Source: Parcubacteria group bacterium GW2011_GWB1_40_14
GTDB taxonomy: Bacteria; Patescibacteriota; Minisyncoccia; Terrybacterales; GWB1-40-14
DNA length: 58,820 nt
Direction: 5' to 3'
NCBI GenBank assembly: GCA_000996085.1
Contig: LBYG01000002.1
Span: 1-58,820, forward strand
This document shows positions 33,801-41,515 of this stretch, in pieces. The stretch's first letter is position 1, and each line of letters opens with the position of its first letter. The notes under the pieces were generated by a model that saw nothing but the letters and a program-made list of their open reading frames with translations, did no database searches and had not been told where the DNA came from. The position numbers were made by a program, and so were the translations under genes.

Positions 33801-35705
33801 GATTCTATATTTAGGTATAATCTTAAAGACAACAATTCTCCTTCGACACAGGAGTACTATATTTTAGAGGCAAGGAACAGGAATTTAAAAACTTGGGATA
33901 CTTCATTGCCTAAGGAAAAGGCCTTGATTCTCTATCATATTGATGAGAATAATGAGCCCGAGTATGGTTATAACCAGAAGGGCAAAATTAATAATTCTTT
34001 GCGTGAAGTTACGATACCTACGGTCAATGAATCAGGTCAAGACGGCATTCTTGATCCCGCGACAAATGAATTTTATAGGGACTGGGATAATATGGTTAAG
34101 TTTGCTGCTAAATCGGACGGACTTTCAAATGGCCAATACCGTATTTTAGCAGAAGTTAAACAGCTTAATTCTGCTGAAAATTTCCCTTTTATAAATTTAG
34201 CCGGTGTTATTCTAAAACCAAATTCAATATTTAGAAATAAAATTAGCTTCAACCAGTTGGCCGAGCCTGTTCCGACTAAATATAATAAAGTTATAGCAGA
34301 AATTTTAGCAATAGATGTTTCGCCAACAGAAGTAACGCAATCTGAGTTGGTTCAGGATAATCTTTCCTCTTACCCCATTATTAAAGTTCGGATTCTGGAA
34401 TCGCAGCCGATTGATAATAAAGCTAAAGTTGAAGATCTAGATGGAAAGGAGATATATGTTGTTATATATCCACATACTAAAATTTATGGCGAACTTGATG
34501 TCGGAAAAATAATTGATGCAAATTTGAGATGGGGCGGCGATCCTGATCTGGGGGGATATGTGGGCTTTGATTTGCAAGAGACCTCGATTGTACAAGATCT
34601 GTCGAATGAAAAAGATCATTTTGACCCATCAGATAAAGAGGATGCTGCAAGCGAAGGTCAACAACCTAAAAAGAAAACAACAGCCGTTGTACTGTTTGCG
34701 GCAGCCGTCAGTATCATCATGGCGGGATACCTTCTATTGCGTTATTCGGGCTTAAAGCTTTTTAGTATAGTTTTATTTATACTCATTTCTTTGTCCATTA
34801 ATTATGTATCTGAACCGAATTTAAATAAAAATAATAAGTTTATAGATTTGCAACAAACAACCTCTAATGAATTGAAAGAAGTTCCTGTACCGTTACCTGT
34901 TAAGCCAGACCTCGACCTCCACTTATTCTGCGATGATGGCAGGCATGTAGGTCCGAATTACGAAACGGGGGAATATGACATACAGGTTATGGATGCCATA
35001 GTGTCCGGAGACAACTCAAACTCCCCCGAATGGATATTAATTCCCGAAAATAACGACAACTGCGACTTCAAGGTTTTCGCCCGCGATAACAAAGTTTTTT
35101 TGGAAGAAAATCCTGAATCAGGCGAGGGAATTGAGGACCTTTTAGACAGTTATGATATCTATGCCCGCTTTATAGACCCGGATACGGGTATATTTACATC
35201 ATCCATATTGGAGGAGAACACAATAAACCCCGGTGAAACTTACATTCACCGCATTTCAGGGACTTCAGATATATCAGTATCCGAAGGCGCGCTTGAGGTT
35301 CAAATTAGAATTGAACCCGAAACCCTAAACCTTACACAAAAAGGTCAATTTACCGTTTTCTTAAGCATAGATAATGGTTTCCAGGTTAACATAGAAGATA
35401 TTGATACAAATTCCATTATTTTAGCTGGTGCAAGCGCCAGAAGCGCAATAATAAATAAAGGGAAAAACGAGATTATTCTGAAATTCAATACCCAAGAGCT
35501 TGTCGGTGTTCCCGCTGGTGAAGAAGTCGCTTTAACCATCACGGGCAGATTATTTGATAACACTTCATTTGAAGGGAGTGATGTTATTAGAGTTATCAAG
35601 AAGGATGGGTTCGTTGCAAGTATTCTGAACACTTTCTCTGCCAGGGTAGATCTATTTACGAGTATGTTCGCAAAGATAATCGCTATTTTCATCAATGGTT
35701 ATTAG
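30888..35705 (+). CDS. 1605-aa secreted protein: parallel beta-helix (PbH1/NosD-like) repeats, Ig/FN3-like domain, M6-like metalloprotease domain, TM hairpin and ~300-aa C-terminal domain
   Basis: Signal peptide ..FTHASA. Repeated N..I..N......GI motifs. YHWRARAVDTNGNISDWQEF. HEFGHIIGE..PDLYEMGNVGNWDLMASGS (33546-33560). TM pair at about 34675-34815. Confidence 0.8.
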   Translation: MAHKISISNLVIKFGAIFFGVFLFLPFTHASAFEDDIFHVPGSVSGIDTHFEVIDSAYLNLVLDSSEEIKVSLDSIPQMILLNIEPTTTATSTNISFSGLEPNHTYYKYQDDYHNETIIQTTASGQYSYTQDISTPHFIFIQPTTGTKFISDNATGGDCVTIGNWNSATKTCTLTGNINQTIQIDSNGITLDGAGFTNSGSNSFGVYIYQKSAITIQNVTISGFSIGIFTNDATNITITENQIVSGSHGIVIQDSYGAVITHNATSGFCSGITIDTSGSIITDNNFTSFGGCAGMIILGFNHNIQNNISISEGVGNGGSFNIRGNTTIKNNVFKAGDGYADMFIDAGTDADCRNATIENNNGTDNAPLVFVNSLSSITNQTFSELILCDADGSHISNVQIESSGHRNGIFLQHTDNTTIENTISSNNLHGIFVNYSHNNRFINNTFSDNLDNGIRMHNSEGAAINGNSIVGNTKNGIFSHSSSSLNLLVPNEIYNNTITNNVVGIDLTSTSANIYNNNLVNNHTGILAQYHLGVGSYTVYNNNFIQNAVQAVVFGGSATFNLSQPTGGNYWSNYDTPAEGCNDANSDNFCDAPYIFSGDQDNLPWIIQDGWTQTTPTLSNLNQYKSDGITTIPEEDITIEDIITFKATLNSPQDLNLKLQVELRQITESFTGTFDGGIIESPFVPSGQEVAITRFGLVDAQYHWRARAVDTNGNISDWQEFEVGGNVDFEIKKTIPIDIAVILTEPSNVPHESSEITAQPCKLIPEKIYPNGHNIDYFQDLAFCVEDYHRENSFGIVDLNFEFFDNGGEWFKLTTLPSSAKQLVLDTVSVSGLDLNQFDIAGIIYAGDESLFGALTWTPINQPFQPIDDNPFVFVAAETRFTGTWAHEFGHIIGELVIPPPDNTMLPDLYEMGNVGNWDLMASGSRNENGGNPPHMSSYLKEFLQWMRYDIHAKSDFGEFWINSLDSSKLGDSIFRYNLKDNNSPSTQEYYILEARNRNLKTWDTSLPKEKALILYHIDENNEPEYGYNQKGKINNSLREVTIPTVNESGQDGILDPATNEFYRDWDNMVKFAAKSDGLSNGQYRILAEVKQLNSAENFPFINLAGVILKPNSIFRNKISFNQLAEPVPTKYNKVIAEILAIDVSPTEVTQSELVQDNLSSYPIIKVRILESQPIDNKAKVEDLDGKEIYVVIYPHTKIYGELDVGKIIDANLRWGGDPDLGGYVGFDLQETSIVQDLSNEKDHFDPSDKEDAASEGQQPKKKTTAVVLFAAAVSIIMAGYLLLRYSGLKLFSIVLFILISLSINYVSEPNLNKNNKFIDLQQTTSNELKEVPVPLPVKPDLDLHLFCDDGRHVGPNYETGEYDIQVMDAIVSGDNSNSPEWILIPENNDNCDFKVFARDNKVFLEENPESGEGIEDLLDSYDIYARFIDPDTGIFTSSILEENTINPGETYIHRISGTSDISVSEGALEVQIRIEPETLNLTQKGQFTVFLSIDNGFQVNIEDIDTNSIILAGASARSAIINKGKNEIILKFNTQELVGVPAGEEVALTITGRLFDNTSFEGSDVIRVIKKDGFVASILNTFSARVDLFTSMFAKIIAIFINGY

Positions 35706-36474
35706 AAAGAAAACAATTCTCATTATTTTCGTTGGGATTGCCATAGGTGCTGGATATGCTTTTTTCTTTCTACGATCCAGGCAAATCCTCCCCGCCCCAC
35801 CTCATGAAAGGGTTGTTGGTGAAGTGATTCGGACTGAGGAAATACGATGTAATGCTGAGACGTATATTTTTGAAACGGTTTTAACAGAAGACCAGACGGG
35901 CTATTTTAATAATATCTATCGAGGCACTAATTCAGCGGAAGATTTTGCCACGAGCATAAAAGCTCCGCCGATGGGTGGAAATACTTTTTTCATTCTTGCC
36001 GCGCCTCAAGAGAACTGTAACAGAATATATTTGACCGTAGCTCTCTATGAAACAGACGCTCCCCGCAAGGGAATTTTTGCGTGGCACGTCGCTGATGCAA
36101 CGCTACAAGAATTATCAGTGAGCGAAAACTTTCGATCAGATTTAGCTGTTAGCTATCCCCAGGATTTGACCAGTGTAGTTTCTCACGATGGAGAGAAAGT
36201 TCTAGTTGCGCAAGCAAGCGAACCTTATTCTCAAGAAAACTATTGCAATTTGCGCATATTAGCGCTTCTTCATTTACGTGAAGACGAGAAGGAAGTATTA
36301 GTTCAATTGCCGGACGGGGAGACATTGACCGATTTCAATGAGAGTGCTGTTGGGCAGTGTTCGGGCCTTAATCTTGGCTGGATCGACAACTCAACAATTT
36401 ATTATGATGTTTACGATGCAACAGTTACGGGGGTCCGCCCATTTATTGAACGAAGAAAGTTGTCCATTAAATGA
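35695..36474 (+). CDS. Membrane-anchored hypothetical protein, 11-nt overlap with the upstream giant gene
   Basis: N-terminal TM helix (ILIIFVGIAIGAGYAFFFL). No family recognised. The overlap suggests co-translation. Confidence 0.55.
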   Translation: MVIRKKTILIIFVGIAIGAGYAFFFLRSRQILPAPPHERVVGEVIRTEEIRCNAETYIFETVLTEDQTGYFNNIYRGTNSAEDFATSIKAPPMGGNTFFILAAPQENCNRIYLTVALYETDAPRKGIFAWHVADATLQELSVSENFRSDLAVSYPQDLTSVVSHDGEKVLVAQASEPYSQENYCNLRILALLHLREDEKEVLVQLPDGETLTDFNESAVGQCSGLNLGWIDNSTIYYDVYDATVTGVRPFIERRKLSIK

Positions 36475-36753
36475 GGCGTCTTGGAGGCACAGTGCATTCT
36501 GTGAGACAGTCCGAAAACGGTCTTTCGGTGTCTCATTTGTCTCATTTTGATTCAAAAAGTTACACGTCAATGTATCGTTTTGGTGTAACGTTTGTAACTT
36601 TTTGTACCAAAAGGAAGCGCAAGAATGGAACACGGAACACCCTTTTATAGTGTTCCGTTTGTTCCATTTTCGGTTTTCGACCCAGACCGAGAGGCCTCAG
36701 TTCTTCGCGGGAAAATCATCCGTAAAATCGCCTTATAATGTTTAGTAACTATA

Positions 36754-36810
36754 GGTTCTAGACCGTGTAGGGGCATAACGCTGAGTGCGGTTCAAGACCA
36801 TGTAGGGACA
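36754..36810 (+). repeat. Two 22-nt direct repeats with a 35-nt period
   Basis: GGTTCTAGACCGTGTAGGGGCA at 36754-36775 and GGTTCAAGACCATGTAGGGACA at 36789-36810. 18 of 22 positions identical. Confidence 0.6.
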
Positions 36811-36894
36811 CAAAAAATTTCGTATTTGAGGCGATTTATTTTATAAAAGAGTCGCTTTGCGGATACAGGTTCTTTACAAGTTTTTTGGGAGCTC

Positions 36895-36924
36895 TTGACG
36901 TAGTTTATCCTTAGTGCTTATATA
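36895..36924 (+). promoter_or_regulatory. Candidate promoter TTGACG-N18-TATATA (alternative: TTGACA 36975-36980, N17, TATAAA 36998-37003)
   Basis: Hexamer matches upstream of the 37009 gene. Confidence 0.35.
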
Positions 36925-37008
36925 TTTATGGCACGCTTTACCCAATTTTCATAATCTATGTGGTGTCAAAAACCTTGACATCAAATATGATACGTGCTAT
37001 AAAAAATT

Positions 37009-38073
37009 GTGGAACAAAATTATCAAAAAACAGTCAATTCACTTTTAAAAACTCTTCCTGACAGGGGCAAGGAAGTATTGGAAAGACGTTACGGTATTGT
37101 TAGTGGCGAGGCCGAAACTCTCGAAGCCATAGGAGAGGATTTTGGCGTTACCCGCGAAAGAGTAAGACAAATTGAAGAGGCGGCTTTCGGACAATTACGA
37201 AAGAGCGACAGCATAAAAGATATAGAGGATATTTTTAAATATTTATACAAACATTTGTCCGATCACGGTGAACATCGCAGAGAAGAGCGGTTTTTATCTG
37301 ATTTTGCGTATCAGAAGAGTTCTCCGGCCATGTTATTTTTATTGGATCTTTCAAGTTATTTTAGTCGTCGTAATGAAACAAAAAAACACCACACTTTTTG
37401 GACGGTTAATACTGATAGAATAAACCATTTGGAAAAGTTTGTTGATACTGTTGAGGATTATTTAGCAGACATTTCAAAACCTTTGGATAGTGTTACCTTC
37501 TGGAAAGAAATGGAACGTTTAGCCCGAAGAGAAAAGTTATCTCTTTCAAAGAAAGCTTTAGAATCTTGGCTGGATATTTCAAAAGCAATAATTCATAATC
37601 GTTTTAATGAATGGGGTTTAGCAGAGTGGCCGGAAATTGTTCCGCGCAGTGTTGGCGATAAAGCTTATATTGTCTTGCAGAAAGAAACTAAACCATTGCA
37701 TTTTGTTGATATAGTTGAGAGAATGAATAAAGTACACTTTATTCCGGGTGAGAATTTATCAAAGAATTACCAAAGAGCAACCCGCCCAGCGCATGTACAA
37801 ACCGTACATAATGAACTCATAAAAGATAAAAGGTTTGTATTGGTGGGACGGGGTATATATGCACTTGCCGAATGGGGTTATGAACCAGGAACAGTAAAAG
37901 AAGTTTTGTCTAAAATTTTGAAAGATGCCGGTTCGCCCTTGCCTATAAATAAAATCATGGCACAGGTTGCTAAAGTAAGAGTTGTAAAGCCAAATACCAT
38001 TTTGCTTAATTTGCAGAATAAAAGATTGTTTACTAGAACTTCTCGCGGTGAATATACCGTAAGGAGAGCATAA
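37009..38073 (+). CDS. Sigma-70 region-4-like HTH protein with C-terminal HARE-HTH-like domains
   Basis: LPDRGKEVLERRYG..TLEAIGEDFGVTRERVRQIEEAAFGQLRK (region 4). C-terminal ..RFVLVGRGIYALAEWGY. GTG start. Confidence 0.65.
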   Translation: MEQNYQKTVNSLLKTLPDRGKEVLERRYGIVSGEAETLEAIGEDFGVTRERVRQIEEAAFGQLRKSDSIKDIEDIFKYLYKHLSDHGEHRREERFLSDFAYQKSSPAMLFLLDLSSYFSRRNETKKHHTFWTVNTDRINHLEKFVDTVEDYLADISKPLDSVTFWKEMERLARREKLSLSKKALESWLDISKAIIHNRFNEWGLAEWPEIVPRSVGDKAYIVLQKETKPLHFVDIVERMNKVHFIPGENLSKNYQRATRPAHVQTVHNELIKDKRFVLVGRGIYALAEWGYEPGTVKEVLSKILKDAGSPLPINKIMAQVAKVRVVKPNTILLNLQNKRLFTRTSRGEYTVRRA

Positions 38074-38255
38074 ATTACTTTAAAAACACTGATGGTTTTC
38101 AGATAGCCTGTCCCATTTATTTTTGGGAACAGGAACACTGATTCTTTTGGACGCTTGGCGTTCAAACGGAAAAGCATAATCCTTTCCGCAATAGGCGGAT
38201 CCCGTTATCATTTATTTTATATAATTGAAGCGGGAAAACCATAGAAGCACACGAA

Positions 38256-39542
38256 ATGGAGATATTAAAATATTTTTTTCCAGTAGATACGTTTAGAGAT
38301 GTACTCAGTGTTTTCCAATCTTTTTATGGAGACTGGTGGTGGATTGTTACGCCCCCGGTTCTTTTTTTTGTTTTACGAGATCTTTGGCTTTTATACCTTC
38401 GCTGGAAAAAGTTTTTATCAACCGAACATATTTTGCTTGAAATTAGAATACCCAAAGTAGTTGATCGCACGCCCAAGGCAATGGAGCAGGTTTTTTCAGG
38501 TTTGCATGCTTTATTTGACCAACCCAGGTTTATTGAGAAATATTTTCAGGGTAAATATCAGCAGTGGGCTTCGGTTGAAATGGTTAGTATTGAGGGCGCT
38601 ACTCATTTTTATATTCATGTTCCGCGCGCACATAAAAATTTAGTTCAATCTCACGTTTGGGCACAATATCCCGAAGCCGAAATAAGCGAAGCGGAGGATT
38701 ACGTGAAAAAAGTTCCTATGGATATTCCGAACAAAAATTGGGATGTATGGGGAGCAGAATTAATTTTAAATAAACCGGATGCTTATCCTATACGTACTTA
38801 TCCCGCGTTTGAAGAAATTGTCGAAGAGAAACGTTTGGATCCGTTAGCGGCACTTCTTGAACTTTTTGGCTCTTTAGGGCCAGGTGAACAAATGTGGTTT
38901 CAGTGGTTGATCGAGCCGACTTTAACGCAGTGGCATGATGCCGGAAAAGAGTTGGTGGATGATCTGATAAGCCGCAGAAAAGATAAAAAACAAGACGGTT
39001 TGAGTAAATTTTTATCCGAAACCGTCGGAGGTTTTAGTACGGTTTTTAGTCCTACTACCGCAGCGATACAGGTTAAAAAAGAAAAACCTCAAGACCCCCC
39101 CTCACTGATGATGCACATGACTCCGGGTGAGAGAGAATCGATCGCGGCCATTGAAATGAAATTGGGCAAAATAGGATTTTTGACCGGAGCGCGCGTTGTT
39201 TACGTGGGTCGCAGAGAAACTTTTAATAAATCAAATATTGCCGCTTTCTTTGGAGCGATACGGCAATTTAATACACAAAATTTGAATAGTTTGCGTCCAA
39301 ATATTTCAGTAATGCCCAAAACGCTTTATATTATGGGCAAACAGCGCAATTATTTCCGTAAGCGCAGACTTATGCGTTTATATAGATTAAGATTTTTTGT
39401 AAAAAAGAAATTTATTTTTAATACAGAAGAATTAGCCACGGTGTATCATTTCCCGGGTTCTATGGTAGCAATGGCGCCTATGGTTTCACGTATTGACGCA
39501 AAGAAAGGTGAGCCTCCGTCAACTCTACCTATAACAGGATAG
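38256..39542 (+). CDS. Membrane protein of unknown function, upstream partner of the P-loop ATPase
   Basis: N-terminal TM segment (WWWIVTPPVLFFVL). No family recognised. Confidence 0.6.
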   Translation: MEILKYFFPVDTFRDVLSVFQSFYGDWWWIVTPPVLFFVLRDLWLLYLRWKKFLSTEHILLEIRIPKVVDRTPKAMEQVFSGLHALFDQPRFIEKYFQGKYQQWASVEMVSIEGATHFYIHVPRAHKNLVQSHVWAQYPEAEISEAEDYVKKVPMDIPNKNWDVWGAELILNKPDAYPIRTYPAFEEIVEEKRLDPLAALLELFGSLGPGEQMWFQWLIEPTLTQWHDAGKELVDDLISRRKDKKQDGLSKFLSETVGGFSTVFSPTTAAIQVKKEKPQDPPSLMMHMTPGERESIAAIEMKLGKIGFLTGARVVYVGRRETFNKSNIAAFFGAIRQFNTQNLNSLRPNISVMPKTLYIMGKQRNYFRKRRLMRLYRLRFFVKKKFIFNTEELATVYHFPGSMVAMAPMVSRIDAKKGEPPSTLPITG

Positions 39543-39576
39543 AAATAATAATTTTAATCAGGTCCTTTAAATTATC

Positions 39577-41427
39577 ATGAGCGAAATCGTACCTTTTGCG
39601 GAAACAGATTTTCGCAATCAAAAAATTAAATTCGGTATTAAAGCAGATGATCGTCGCAGACATATGTATGTCATCGGGAAAACCGGTATGGGTAAAACAA
39701 CCATGCTTGAAAACATGGTCATTTCGGATATGCAGTCAGGTAAAGGGGTTGCGGTTGTTGATCCTCACGGTGAATTTGCTGAAAAAATGATCGATTTTGT
39801 GCCGCGTGAACGTATAGATGATGTTATATATTTTGATCCGGGCGATCAGGATTTTCCAATTGCTTTCAATGCCATAGAACACGTTGAACCGAAATATCGT
39901 CATCTTATTGCCGATGGTTTAGTCGGGGTCTTTCAAAAATTATGGGCGGAAACCTGGGGACCGCGTCTGGAATATGTTTTGCGAAATGCCATTTTAGCGC
40001 TTATGGAATATCCGGATTCCACTCTGCTTGGAATTATGCGTATTCTTGTTGATAAAGAATATAGAAAAGTGGTTGTGGCCAGCATTAAAGACCCGGTTGT
40101 CAGATCTTTCTGGGTAGATGAATATTCCCGTTATCCGGATAAATTCCAGGCAGAAGCTATTGCTCCTATACAAAATAAAGTTGGACAGTTTTTAACCAGC
40201 CCCTTGATTCGTAATATAGTTGGCCAGGCAAAAACCGCAATTAATTTGCGTGACGTAATGGATAACCAGAAAATTCTTATTTTGAACTTATCCAAAGGTA
40301 AGGTTGGTGAGGCTTCAAGCCGTCTTTTGGGCGCGATGATGATAACCAAACTACAGCTTGCGGCTATGTCGCGTATAGATACACCGGAAAATGAAAGAAA
40401 GGATTTTTATCTTTATGTTGATGAGTTTCAGAATTTCGCCACGACTTCATTTATTAATATTTTGTCTGAAGCCAGAAAATATAGGTTAAATCTTATTTTG
40501 GCCCATCAATATATCGAGCAATTGGATGAAACGGTTAGCGCCGCAGTCTTTGGCAATATTGGAACATTGGCTGTTTTTCGCGTTGGAGCCGCCGATGCTG
40601 AAGTGTTGGAACCTGAATTTATGCCCGGATTTACAAAAGAGGATTTGGTTAATTTGGGCAAATATCGTATCTATCTTAAATTAATGATAGATGGTTTGGC
40701 GTCTAAACCATTTTCAGCCATTACTTTAAATCCAATGCCAAAGCCGTCTGAGAGTTATCGCGAGGAAATAATCCGTAAAACGCGGGAACGTTATGGTACG
40801 CCACGCGAAGAAGTGGAAGCCGGCATAATTGAATGGGCCGGACATATTCCGGGCATAAGCGCACAAACTTCTGTTGAAAGCGATCGAGCTGAAAAAACAC
40901 CTGAAAGTTCTCAAGATGCCGAAACAAAGACAAGAAAACTTTTCAGCGGTCCGATTAAAGAAGATGAGAATAAGATAGTTGCTAATTGTTGGGTTTGTGG
41001 CATAGAAACCCAAGTTCCTTTTGAGCCTGACGGAGTACGTCCGATTTATTGTAAAAATTGTCTTGCGGATATTCGATCGGGCAAAAGAGAACCTATTAAG
41101 GTTAAGGCCAAAATCTCTGACCGTTCAACGGAGCAAGTTTTATCCGGGCAAATAACAAAAAACAGAGGAAAGAAATTTATTGGATCTCCCGGCGCGGGAA
41201 GAGTATCTCCGGCACCTCCTCCTTTGCCCAAGAAGATAGGTGAAATTGTTGCCAGACCTTTGGGTAAACCCGTTTCTTTATCGGTATTAAATAGTTCTAA
41301 AAACTCCCCACAAAGCACTATTCAAGAAGAAAAAAAAGAACGTAAGGCTCCGGATATTGTAGGATTGCGCGAGATATTGGAAAGCGCGATGAAACAGGAA
41401 GACGGTAACAATAATTCTAAAGAATAA
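39577..41427 (+). CDS. VirD4/TraD/HerA-like (FtsK-HerA superfamily) P-loop ATPase with a C-terminal zinc ribbon
   Basis: Walker A GKTGMGKTT. Walker B FYLYVDEFQNF. C-terminal CWVCG..FEPDGVRPIYCKNC. Confidence 0.75.
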   Translation: MSEIVPFAETDFRNQKIKFGIKADDRRRHMYVIGKTGMGKTTMLENMVISDMQSGKGVAVVDPHGEFAEKMIDFVPRERIDDVIYFDPGDQDFPIAFNAIEHVEPKYRHLIADGLVGVFQKLWAETWGPRLEYVLRNAILALMEYPDSTLLGIMRILVDKEYRKVVVASIKDPVVRSFWVDEYSRYPDKFQAEAIAPIQNKVGQFLTSPLIRNIVGQAKTAINLRDVMDNQKILILNLSKGKVGEASSRLLGAMMITKLQLAAMSRIDTPENERKDFYLYVDEFQNFATTSFINILSEARKYRLNLILAHQYIEQLDETVSAAVFGNIGTLAVFRVGAADAEVLEPEFMPGFTKEDLVNLGKYRIYLKLMIDGLASKPFSAITLNPMPKPSESYREEIIRKTRERYGTPREEVEAGIIEWAGHIPGISAQTSVESDRAEKTPESSQDAETKTRKLFSGPIKEDENKIVANCWVCGIETQVPFEPDGVRPIYCKNCLADIRSGKREPIKVKAKISDRSTEQVLSGQITKNRGKKFIGSPGAGRVSPAPPPLPKKIGEIVARPLGKPVSLSVLNSSKNSPQSTIQEEKKERKAPDIVGLREILESAMKQEDGNNNSKE

Positions 41428-41437
41428 AAAAGAAAAT

Positions 41438-41466
41438 AAAACCGCCCGCAATATACGGGCGGTTTT
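41438..41466 (+). terminator. Intrinsic terminator AAAACCGCCCG-N7-CGGGCGGTTTT
   Basis: GC stem followed by a T run. Confidence 0.8.
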
Positions 41467-41515
41467 GTTGTATGAGCCAATTATTTATGGTTTGCCAAAT
41501 GAATAAACTTGTGTT

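Noticed and set aside
36625-36738. A 37-codon ORF (MEHGTPFYSVPFVPFSVFDPDREASVLRGKIIRKIAL) in the long non-coding region.
   Set aside because: Its first half is simply the two arms of a 17-bp hairpin, and there is no supporting signal. It is more likely structural DNA or RNA than a gene.
38160-38206. A possible degenerate family 2 remnant: hairpin CGGAAAAGCATAATCCTTTCCG followed by GGATCCCGTTATCA.
   Set aside because: Only one arm-like 9-mer (ATCCCGTTA) is present, no partner arm was found, and the arm/hairpin polarity differs from the intact copies. The evidence is too weak to call.
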